Source of the DNA: Macrostomum lignano
Lineage: Eukaryota
DNA length: 64,000 bases
NCBI GenBank assembly: GCA_002269645.1
Contig: NIVC01000025.1
Coordinates: 1-64,000 of the forward strand
Reading direction: 5' to 3'
The notes under the pieces are model-generated. The model did not search any database. It saw nothing but the letters and a program-made list of their open reading frames with translations, and was not told the origin of the DNA. Within the stretch, counting starts at the first letter, position 1. Each line of letters starts with the position of its first letter. This document shows, in pieces, positions 1-11,291 of this stretch. The position numbers and the translations under genes are program-made.

Positions 1-399
1 TGCTAATTTCCTACGGTCCCAGACTTCCATTGTTCCCAAAATCTTAAACAGCGGCAGGACCTCCTGTGGAGCAGACCCATAGAAATTTTACTAGTTTCCA
101 AGTTAATATTTACTGATTAGGGAATTAACGCATACTGTACGGGCCTAATTTTCGAGCTAAAATCTTAGATATTTAAACAACACCAACGAGCAGCAAGGTC
201 ACAACATAAATTCGAGTAATAGAGGGCATACGTAAATACGGCAAGCGTCTCCAAAGCGACGAACGCACACGAGCAAAATTTCGACACGCGAATCGGGGGG
301 GGAATTAAGCAATCACTGGCTAGCTACCGATCTGTTACTCAGCGGGGGTCGAATGGGAGACTCACACCTAGCAAGTAAACTTTTCTGTTCGATAGTCTA

Positions 400-720
400 T
401 GATAGCATGCGTACTGGCTAGAAAAGCACTACCCAGGAGGGAAACTGCTGCTGAATTGCCAACGACCAGAAAGAGGATTCTCACCTCTTCTAGCCCAATA
501 ACTGCTGTGAGGGTGGCCTGGCCTACATCTCTAATTCATTGCCCGTGTAGGACACGGCCTTCACACATGGGGCTCCAGGGCCTCCACACTCTGTCCGGTA
601 ATTTTAGTAAAGTCTTGACTGTTAGCAAAGACAGCGCACTGCCCCCATCTACCAGGAGGGGGTGGGAACATTCTCAATTGGCAACTCTACAACAATATCT
701 CTCCGCGTTGTCCTCTAGCT
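400..720 (-). pseudogene. Retroviral-type aspartic protease remnant
   Basis: Minus-strand frame reads ...VAN*ECSHPLLVDGGSALSLLTVKTLLK..., with in-frame stops. Confidence 0.6.
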
Positions 721-1090
721 GGTCTTGGCTGATAGAAATCGGTACCTTCTCAAATCTAAACTTCTTGCTGGGCGGACGTGGCAGGTTAAGCTGGGCCCTA
801 GAGAGGGAAGGGGCTGAGTTCGGCCGGCATTCAGCCTCCCACGGGTTTCCGAACCCGGGGGCTCTTCAGGCGTGGGAAGGAGGAGGCATCAGAGCTTGCG
901 CGCGCAGCTGGGCGAGCCTCCTCCTGCTCTCCCTGGTAGCCTCGTCTAACATATCTCTGCCCCATCCTCTAAATCTTGCCTATGGCGATCAGGGTGGCGC
1001 ACGAAGCTGCAATTGCTGCTGCTGCACACCCGGCCGGCGGCGTGGGCGCCTCCTGAATTGCAAGCGGCGGGGCTGGATTGGCGCCAGTTC

Positions 1091-2378
1091 CTACTGTATT
1101 AGAGCCGCCCTGCCCCTGCCTCCAGTTCCTGTTGGGAGTGGCGGGGCGAGGGGCCTCATCTGCTGGGGCAGCTGGGCAACAGACTCTGCTGTCGCCTTCA
1201 TAGTTTCATTGAGCTGCACCAGCTGGTTGCGCAGATCCTTTTGCGTTTGCTCTAGCGCGCCCAACCTCTCTTGCATCTCTGATAGGCCGTCACTGTCCTC
1301 CTCCGTCTCGTCAGCTTCCTGGTTCACCATCCTGACCCTTGCGAGGGGGCCTGGGTGGCTGCTGAGGTTGCAGACGGACTTCGGTGCGGGACTCAGACTT
1401 GGGCGGGCCACTACTGTCCCATTTCCCGGCTAAGTCTGCGGCTTCTAACAGGGCTTGCTGCTGTTCTAACACCTGCTCAATTGTCTGCCAGCGACGGCTC
1501 AACAGATCTTGTCTGACCTGGCGGGGAGCTTAGCGTGTTCCAAGTAGGTGTACACGATTTCTTGTTCTCTCTGCTCACCCTGAATCTGAGGAAACATGGC
1601 CGTTATCTGAGATCTTATCATAGCAGCAAAAGCACTATGTGATTGGCCGGGTTTCTGGCTCAGATTCTTCAGCTTATTTCTCTTAGCCAGGTCAGTGTTG
1701 GCCTCACCTAACTGTTCTCCTAATCTGGCTACGAACTGCTCAAAGGCAAATGCCCGTCCAATCCTAAGGCTAAGTTCTGAAATTCACCTGGGAGGTGCGA
1801 GATGAGCACCTGCTTCCTAGCCTGATCTCCTACAGTTCTCTCCGCGTCCAGCTTGTAGATCATTCTCTCTACCCATTGCACAAAACAGTGTTCGCCGGGA
1901 GAGAACTTTCTACGTAGATTTTCGGCCTCTGGGCGTCTTGGCCCATGTTTAGCTGGTTAAACGCATTGGCTATAGCAGCAACTAAGTCTCCTAGCTGCGG
2001 GACTGCCTGAGGAGGATTCTGGGCTGCGTCCGGGGGAGCAGCGGCGGCTGCTGCGTCACCCTGATTGGGAGCGGGAGCTGCTACTCCTTCGTCTGGTTCC
2101 TCAACTACTACTGCTTCTGGAGGCTGAGGGACCTGGTTACCAGCGGCTGCGGCCATTGCGGCTGCGGGGGCGGCAACTGCTGGGGTGTCAGCGGCCGAGG
2201 GTGGTTGACCAGGGGCGTCTGCGCACACAGCTTCTACGACCCTATCTCCACGCGCCCGTGACATGTGAATGCCGGATAGCTGGGGGAGTACCCACCACCG
2301 GGAAGGAAAAGAAAAGAAAACCGGGGCAACTACAGGTAAAGACCGAAAAGTTGATCCGAAACACACAAACACAGACAA
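1091..2378 (-). pseudogene. gag (capsid-like) of LTR element 1, frameshifted
   Basis: ORFs 2378-1869, 1502-1311 and 1411-1091 join through frameshifts: Ala/Pro-rich N-terminus, then QWVERMIYKLDAE...KLKNLSQKPGQS, typical of retrotransposon gag. Confidence 0.65.
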
Positions 2379-4596
2379 AACTCACACACTTGCGGCGTCG
2401 AAGAAAACAAATTGAAAAACGGGTGGCTCCACATAATTCCATTTAGGCAGTCCTAACGGCTTCACTCGGCAAAGCACACTGACTCAAACTGCGGCTACCA
2501 CTACCAGTTGTCTATGGCACATCCTGACAGGGAAAAATTGGCTATTCAGAGAGACTTGACCTTCATTTTGCGGCCATGCTAGGGAACCCAATGCCGACCG
2601 TAAACGGACTTACGGCACCTGTACAAATTCTCCCCTAGGGTTGCGCGCCGGACCCCATTTCCTTAAGAAAGCTACTACGAAGAAGCGTTGGCGCCTGGAC
2701 CCAAAAACCCAAGTGGCGGGAGCAATCCCCATGGAGGTCCTCCCACTTTACTGCCCTTGCACAGCCGGAAAACCGTCGGAGTCCAGTGGGGCTTCCACCT
2801 CAGGACTACCAATCTTGTACACGCAGCTTCACAAAAGGCGGGAATCCAGCTCCCCTACGTCTAGCAGAATCCACAAAAACCAAGACCTCCCCTTCTGTTC
2901 AGAGCGAAGGCGCGCAGCGGGAGTCCAGACTAAACTGTCCCCGAAGTTTTCAGGTTAGGCGGATTACAAGCCTGAAACTCTCGCCCGCTTTCCTAGGATA
3001 AACAGACCTAAGTGAGTATCTTCCTGAAATGCTTGCCCCTCCGATACTCCACCTTTGCTGCAGCTCGAAATAGCATACTTGGGACCTTTATCTGATGGCG
3101 GAGAAAGTCCTACAGTTGTCAGCCTCTCCACTTTACTGTACTTGAACGCCCGGTTCTACCAGGAGACAGCGGTACCTCCATCTAGGTTATTCCAAGTTGC
3201 CAGAGACGTCAACCCGTCTTATTGACCTTGCGGGGCACTGGGGTGGCACTCTATGTACCGGGGCTTTACATTAGGGGACTGCATGCAACCCTGCGTCTAA
3301 GCGCTTAGTGGGCTGCAGTGGCCAGAGGGGAAAAGAGTTGCGCAATAGCGCCTTCCTGGGCCAGGCTGACAAGTCGGGCAGGAGCGCCGTTCTACCGGGT
3401 CGGGCTGATTGGCACACCCACCTCCCCTATCAGACTGACAGCAGGGGGGGGAGGAATTACTAAAGGAGGAGAATGCAGCAGGAAACATTACGAGATCACT
3501 GGGGGCCACCAGACTTCCAGTACACCATTCCAATACTCACTGAACTCCACTATCAATAGGATACTATGGGATCTACTATTTCCAGCCACTGCACCAGCCC
3601 AAATGCAACCAAAGCAGTTACTACCGGGTCTGCAATACAGTGGGGAGAGTCAGCAGACACGTTGGGATCGAATCCCAGCCATGAAGGCACCAGGGGTTAC
3701 CGCAGAATTCAGGTCCGGGCTGATCGCAGGTATTCCATAGGAGGTGACACTTTTTTTAGCCCGAGATTTTTGAGTCACACTGATACCCTACAGAGATACA
3801 ATCACACCGCTATTCCCATTCCTGCGAGACTTTGGTATCCCCCAATGTTTCCAAGGCCATGACTACTGCTTCCCTTACTATGCATATATAGCGAGTTCCC
3901 CATAGCCCTTGATAGCTGTTCATTCTAATGGACAAACAAAACACGCTCCGGTCTCTACGCATTTCTAGGATTAACTGAGCGATCAGGGAGAGCGACCGTT
4001 ACACTCCCCCGAGTAAAAGAAAGAGGTAGGACAAAGGAAAGAAATGCTTCGCTTCCAGCTTCCCTGTGCTTGCGTGATGAGGCTTCCGTACCTGGCTGGC
4101 TGTCCACCTCAACACTCACACAGTTCTGCTGTAGGCTAGGCGAGAGAAAGAAAGGGAGGGGAAATAAAGCATATTACCATGAAATAGAAAGTGAGTCCGG
4201 AAAATTCACTTTCGCAGTTCTTCACACACTCCGTTACCAGGTAGCTATTCTGATTGTAATCAAATCCGCTCGTCTACCACTTCACACTTCCTAGCGCTGA
4301 AACTGATCGGCTAAATTAATTTTAAATTGAATCAGGGGCTTTTGGCGAATGAATGAATTTGGAAATTTCGAATGAATTGAACGAATTCGCAGCCCGAAAA
4401 ATTTGAAAAGTTACATTAATATTTTTGGATTTTGTTGCCTCACGCCATGGGAGAAGAGAATGACGATTGGCGATTTTTACGATTGGTAGATTTAGACATG
4501 GCACTCTTTGCGCTTCGGCCACCATTCTGAGGGATGCCACAGGTGCGCTTGTCACATCTAAACCACCAGTCCGAAACTCAGCGCTGTTTGCACCAG

Positions 4597-4614
4597 ATCC
4601 CACCGCTGCCACCA
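4597..4614 (-). other. Primer-binding site, tRNA-Leu
   Basis: Minus strand TGGTGGCAGCGGTGGGAT is complementary to the 3' end of tRNA-Leu (ATCCCACCGCTGCCACCA); 6 nt from the LTR end. Confidence 0.85.
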
Positions 4615-4620
4615 TTTTGA

Positions 4621-6818
4621 TGTAACCGCCCTTGTCGCCTGTCCGCTCCGTAGAGAGACGAACGCATGGCTAGAGGGGGCAATGACCGTAGGCTGCCTAT
4701 GACCGGGCAATGACCTGACGGACCTCCAGCACCAGACTGTCCCGCCCACATGATTAGTAGCTTTGGTAGCGCTTCGTGACCAGAGGGCCAAGGACCCACA
4801 TGGACCCCACCTGTAGCCAAGGTGCAATAGTTGGTCACTCGGTCATGGTATGACCGAGTGGCTGCCACCACTCTATGTGACCTGGCGCACCTGGATCTTT
4901 CTACCAGACCTCTCGAGGCTAGAGCCCCGCCTGGATTGGTTACCAGGGGATTTAGGCTAACAGGGGAGACGCATGCAGCCGAGTACAGGGACTCTGCTTG
5001 GGGCATGATCGGGAACTCTGGGCTCAATCCTGGAGGATTTCTCAGCAGGGGATCCTTTGTGGCTGTGAGCGAGGCTGACTTGCGACTTTGATTACTAAGA
5101 GTAGTATGAGGCGAACATGTACTGTCTACAGTTTAGATTGCTCAGGGCGAAGGGACGCGTTAGCATGGGGTTGCAACCTTCCTGCTGCCATTCTGTGCCA
5201 AGACTCGCTAATCCCTCTACTGCACGCACACGCGGCCCCGCAGCACGCACTCACAGGCGGGCTTTGCACGGGGAGAGGCCATTAGCTTACCCAAACTTCC
5301 TTATGCTTTGCCACCCGGGAGAAAGGCTTAGCAAGCCATGAGTGAAATGATGGTGAAAGATTGAATAATGATGAAGTTAGTTAATAGTTAATAATTAGGC
5401 CCTTAGGCAAATAATCAGGCAATTAGGCGGCTTCACTATTGAGTAAAATACAGCAAAAGATACGGTATCACAATTGGCTCAGCTCTCTAATCAGACAATG
5501 GAAAATAGGCAAACCCCGGATAAGCAAAGGCAATTAGAGCACAAATTAGTAACAGGAACTTACCGGCAGCTGCACAGAGAGAGAGAGAGGCGGAGTGACC
5601 GGTGGCGGCTGTAGGCTGCAATCAGGCAGACGGTGAAGCGGCGATGCGCTGGAGCGACGAGGCGCTGATGTAGATCAGGCGATGCTGATGATGCTGGGCG
5701 GTATCAGACCGCTGGCCGATAGGCGAGCTCACTTGGGGAGCTAAGGATAACTTGGCGGTAACAGACCGCGGACCGGCAGGGACTCGTCTTATAGACGAAT
5801 GGGTCAGAACTCAATCTGACGGCAAGTCCAAAGAAGGACGAGGAGAGGAAAAGTTGAGGATTCTCATGCCGAAATCGCTTCCTTTTATAGACCTCACAGC
5901 CGCCTCCTCAATGTCGTTACCATGGCTCCCTCTCTCTGATTGGCTGCCGGCAGAATGACGTCAGAATGAGTCATGATGAGAAGCATGAGACCGGCATAGC
6001 AACATGAGAAATAGGGAAATTGCGCAATCCGGAGGTGGGGTGGGGGGATAATTGGCGCAGCGGGAGGTCGCGAAAGTGTTGCGCAAGCAAACATTGAGAA
6101 CAATAGGGCTGGGGTCGAGAACAAAGGAATTGGAAATCGGGATAATTGGGGAAAACTGAGAACAATGGAAAAGTAAACATTGGAGAAAAGGTGATAATTA
6201 GGTGCGAAAACGAGAACAAAAGAAAGAGAAAATCGGAGAAAATGTGATAATTGGTGGGGTCGAGAGAACAAAAGAATCAAAAACGAGAACAATAGAAGCG
6301 GAGGTGGGGTGGGTGTCGCATGAGAAATTTGGGGAGGAGAACAATAGCATGAGAAAAGGTTGCGCAAGAGAGGGGGATGAGTCATCGATGAGTCATCGGG
6401 GGGAAGAAGGGGTCACACGACTTGCGTCACCGTTTGGGAGTTTGGGAGGGGATGGGGAGACGGTGAGCACACAAAATACTGTAAGTAGACACAGAGAAGG
6501 AGGGGACAGCGCAGGAAAAAAAAAGTGCAGAGAGAGATAAAAAGAGGGGGAAAGGGAAAGTACAGGAAGAATAGGGCGGAAACAGAAGAGATAGGGTAGA
6601 GGGGGAGGTACAGAAAGGGGTAGGGGGCTCCGGAAAGGCAGGTGTGGCGGCAGGAGAGACGGGACCAAGGCAGCAGGAGGGGTGCAGCAGAGCGGGAGTC
6701 TCCAGGCCCGGTCGGAGACCTGGCCGAGTCTCGACAGCTCTGTGCAGAGGGTGCACGGGATAGGAGGCACTTTCGAAAAAGTTCCCATGCCCTATCCCGC
6801 GACCAGAGCGTGGTTACA
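4621..6818 (-). repeat. 5' LTR (~2.2 kb) of element 1
   Basis: Terminal inverted TGTAACC/GGTTACA; adjacent PBS; right end abuts the 34-bp satellite. Confidence 0.7.
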
Positions 6819-7515
6819 TCATACAGGACAACTCTCTTTTGAAGGATTGTACATGTACAGGACAACTCTCTTTTGAAGGGTTTTACATGTACAGGACAAC
6901 TCTCTTTTGAAAGGTTTTACATGTACAGGACAACTCTCTTTTGAAGGGTTTTACATGTACAGGACAACTCTCTTTTGAAGGATTGTACATGTACAGGACA
7001 ACTCTCTTTTGAAGGATTGTACATGTACATCACAACTCGGTTTTGAAGGGTTGTACATGTACAGGACAACTCTCTTTTGAAGGATTGTACATGTACAGGA
7101 CAACTCTCTTTTGAAGGGTCGTACATGTACATCACAACTCGGTTTTGAAGGGTTGTACATGTACAGGACAACTCTCTTTTGAAGGGTTTTAAATGTACAG
7201 GACAACTCTCTTTTGAAGGGTTGTACATGTACAGGACAACTCTCTTTTGAAGGGTTGTACATGTACAGGACAATCCTCTTTAAAGGGCTGTACATGTACA
7301 GAACAACTCTCTTTTGAAGGGTCGTACATGTACAGGACAACTCATTTTTGAATGATCGTACATGTACAGGACAATCCTTTGAAGGGCTGTACATGTACAG
7401 GACAACTCGGTTTTGAAGGGTTGTGCCAGTATATGTACAGGACAACTCTTTTTTTAAAGGGCTGTACGCGTACAGGACAATTGGTTGAAGGGTTGTACAT
7501 GTACAGGACAATTCT
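6819..7515. repeat. 34-bp tandem repeat (CATGTACAGGACAACTCTCTTTTGAAGGGTTGTA) in B4GALT7 intron 1
   Basis: About 20 copies with 34-nt period, decaying at the right end. Confidence 0.95.
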
Positions 7516-7614
7516 TTGCGGGGATGTACTCGTACTGAGCGAGTATACAAGGGGATTATTTTTAGTGGGTATAATTAACCAATTAGCATCAGCACCACAT
7601 TCGCAAGCACCAAC

Positions 7615-8058
7615 CTGAGGATGCAGGTAAGGCGGTGTGACATGCAGCACATCATATCCGCCTTTGTCCGGCGGAAACGGATAGTCAATAGAGGAATGAT
7701 TGGGCAACAGATCCACATCGTGCAGAGCCATATAGTCGCAGTCTGAGCAGCCGTGCTCAAGGAAGCCAACGTTGAGCAGTGCGCCGCGATTGAATCTAAA
7801 CGAGTCGCACTGGTCCACCACAATCACGTGATGCGGCCGGTTCCGGTCGTTTAAAAATTTGTTCATATAAGGCAGGAAAGCAGACAGTTCGCTAAATCTG
7901 TCTCTGAATGGCACTATGATGAGTAGCCGGTGATCTATCATCTGCTTTGACGCCAACCTGTCTTGAACAGACTGGCGCAGTGCAATGCACAACAGAAACA
8001 ATAATACTACTAGAAGCAGCAAATGACAGGATCTCTGTCCCTTTAATTTGAATTGCAT
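7615..8058 (-). CDS. B4GALT7: Xylosylprotein beta-1,4-galactosyltransferase 7 (galactosyltransferase I), coding exon 1
   Basis: Type II TM anchor, then HRLLIIVPFRDRFSEL, FNRGALLNVGF, YMALHDVDLLP (DxD), HVTPPYLHPQ matching B4GALT7; donor CAG|GTTGGT at 7615/7614. Confidence 0.92.
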
Positions 8059-8149
8059 TGTCTGATTTTCGTGCGAAGAAACACCTGAAAACCATAGTGC
8101 AAATTCAACGGTTGTTTTGTTGATTCAGCGAGGCACACACTACCATTTG

Positions 8150-9047
8150 TATACTTCTACTGTCTACTTCTCCCAGTGCTACTGTCTACTTCTCAATGCT
8201 ACTGTCTGCTTCTCCCACTGCTACTATCTACTTCTCCCAGTGCTACTGTCTACTTCTCACAATCCTACTGTCTACTTCTCCCAATCCTACTGTCTACTTC
8301 TCCCAATCCTACTGTCTACTTCTCCCAGTGCTACTGTCTACTTCTGACAGTGCTACTGTCTACTTCTCCCAGTGCTACTGTCTATTCTCCTAATCCTACT
8401 GTCTACTTCTCCCAGTGCTACTGACTACTTCTCCCAGTGCTACTGTCTACTTCTCCTAATCCTACTGTCTACTTCTCCCAGTGCTACTGACTACTTCTCC
8501 CAGTGCTACTGTCTACTTCTCCTAATCCTACTGTCTACTTCTCCCAGTGCTACTGTCTACTTCTCCCAGTGCTACTGTCTACTTCTCCTAATCCTACTGT
8601 CTACTTCTCCCAGTGCTACTGACTACTTCTCCCAGTGCTACTGTCTACTTCTCCTAATCCTACTGTCTACTTCTCCCAGTGCTACTGACTACTTCTCCCA
8701 GTGCTACTGACTACTTCTCCCAGTGCTACTGTCTACTTCTCCCAGTGCTACTGTCTACTTCTTCCAGTGCTACTGACTACTTCTCCCAGTGCTACTGTCT
8801 ACTTCTCCCAGTGCTACTGTCTACTTCTCCCAGTGCTACTGTCTACTTCTCCTAATCCTACTGTCTACTTCTCCCAGTGCTACTGTCTACTTCTCCTAAT
8901 CCTACTGACTACTTCTCCCAATCCTACTGTCTACTTCTCCCAGTGCTACTGACTACTTCTCCCAGTGCTACTGACTACTTCTCCCAGTGCTACTGTCTAC
9001 TTCTCCCAGTGCTACTGTCTACTTCTCCCAGTGCTACTGACTACTTA
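8150..9047. repeat. 22-bp tandem repeat (CTACTGTCTACTTCTCCCAGTG)
   Basis: About 40 copies with 22-nt period and CCCAGTG/CCTAATC variants. Confidence 0.95.
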
Positions 9048-9644
9048 TGCCAATTCTCCGAGTTTCAAAAGCTGAAATCTGTCTGCAAAATATTGGAAAG
9101 CGCAAATTGAAGTGAAAGAATAAAATTCATGCAGTTTTAATAACACAGCAGTGCAACTGTATTTGAAAATTTAAAACAGTTAAAAAAGCATCTCGATTAT
9201 ACAGTAAATCATGAGATTTGAAATTTATTTTCTGGGATTCTTTAGTAGTAGTTGTGGTGGGCTAAACAGTTATAATTGTAACTATCAAGTAAAAAACAAA
9301 CTGCTACAACAACGCAAGGAAATGCAATTGATAATTGAACAAGCTAATTTTTTATATAGTTAGATAAGAAATTTCTACACAACAACTAATAGAAGAAATA
9401 ATAAGACAATAAATAATGCGCTTTATATGCTACTTAAATCCTACCAGTTAGTAGCGCGCAAAGCATTTCTTATGCATTTTAAGCTTATGATAAGAGATAT
9501 CTCAGTTTTAACAACTGACCCGTGAGTTGAGACAGGGCGATTTTAATTTCAAGAAAGGGAAATATCCAACGTCATCGTTAAATAAGAGGGATTTCTCTTT
9601 AACTTAAGTACATTGAAATCTCCATTACTGCTGGGCGCATGCTG

Positions 9645-10794
9645 CTATTTATTAGCTTCGACATCGCTGTCCAGCCCACGCGGACCAGCCAGCAGGTTGT
9701 CATGGTCGTCGCCGAACTCGTGACGCGTTGGGAACACCAAGCCGGAGCCCTGACTGGAAACAGCAATAGGTAGATGCAAATGATCTAATACACATCTAGA
9801 TGCAGATGATCTAATACACATCTAGATGCAGATGATCTAATACACATCTAGATGCAGATGATCTAATACACATCTAGATGCAGATATTCAATGCAGGTAA
9901 AGCCAGAAGCAAACTGTTCGCACTCACCTGGAGAACATCGGCAGCAGCCACATAAGCCGATCATTGCCAAACACCTGCTTGAAATTATTCTTCAAGCCGG
10001 CGTGATAAGCCCGTTTATCCGGCCCGAATTCGAACATGGGAGCCCGGAAGCTCTCCAAAGTAGTGAGATTGAGCAATGTTAAGTACAGGTGGTAGCCGCC
10101 CAGGCCAACTAGAGCGATGAAGAACATCCAGGCCACAAAGAACAGGAACAGGAGGTGGAACCGGACCGCGTGGACATTGCCAATGCCCGCCTGAAGTAAG
10201 CGGTTCAATTATTGTCAGGTGCATTTTAGGGGTCAGTTAAGGTCAAATCTCAGGTGCAGTTTAGGGATCAGTTAAGATAAAATCTCAGGTGAAATTCAGG
10301 GGTCAGTTAAGGTCCAATTTCAGGTGCAGTTTAGAGGTCAGTTAAGGTCAGATCTCAGGTGCAGTTTAGGGGTCAAGTTAAGGTCAAAGTGCAGTTTAGG
10401 GATCATTTAAGGTCAATTCTTAGGTGCAGTTTAGGGGTCAGTTAAGGTCGATTTTCAGGTGCTGTCATGGAAATCAATTCAAGGATGAGCAAAGGTAAGC
10501 AAAGTTCACAAAAAGAATATTACTCACAGTCCAAAACTTGACAAAGTATTTAGCGGTAGTGCAGCCCACATAGAAGCAGTACAGAGAGCCGTACATCAGG
10601 AACTGGACAAAGAATTTATAGTTGTGAAAACCAACGCAGTTGTTCACCCAGGGACAGTGATGGTCCATCTTTAGTAGGCAGCTGCGGTGATTAAGGGGTG
10701 CAGGATTTACGGCTGCTACCAAAGGAGTTCAATCGATTGGTACATTTCACTGGGTATCGATAGAAATAATTTAAGCATGAAGGCACGTAAAAAT

Positions 10795-10835
<41 letters not shown>

Positions 10836-10930
10836 CAGACAGACAGAAAGACAGACAGATAGACAGACAGACAGACAGAAACTGACAGACAGACAGACAC
10901 AGACAGACAGACAGACACAGACAGACAGAC

Positions 10931-10975
<45 letters not shown>

Positions 10976-10998
10976 AACTGACAGACAGACAGACAGAC

Positions 10999-11037
<39 letters not shown>

Positions 11038-11040
11038 CAC

Positions 11041-11091
<51 letters not shown>

Positions 11092-11094
11092 CAC

Positions 11095-11149
<55 letters not shown>

Positions 11150-11158
11150 GGCAGACAC

Positions 11159-11221
<63 letters not shown>

Positions 11222-11230
11222 GGCAGACAC

Positions 11231-11291
<61 letters not shown>

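Larger units (their letters stand above)
1..6818 (-). mobile_element. Degenerate Ty3/gypsy-type LTR retrotransposon (5' LTR, PBS, long leader, gag, protease); continues past window start; lies in intron 1 of B4GALT7
   Basis: LTR bounded by TGTAACC(4621)...GGTTACA(6818); 18-nt tRNA-Leu PBS at 4614-4597; frameshifted gag-like ORFs 2378-1091; aspartic protease motif LLVDGGSALSLL near 660-625. Confidence 0.8.

Noticed and set aside
399-1433. 344-aa plus-strand ORF
   Set aside because: Antisense shadow of the gag-protease region; no recognisable motifs
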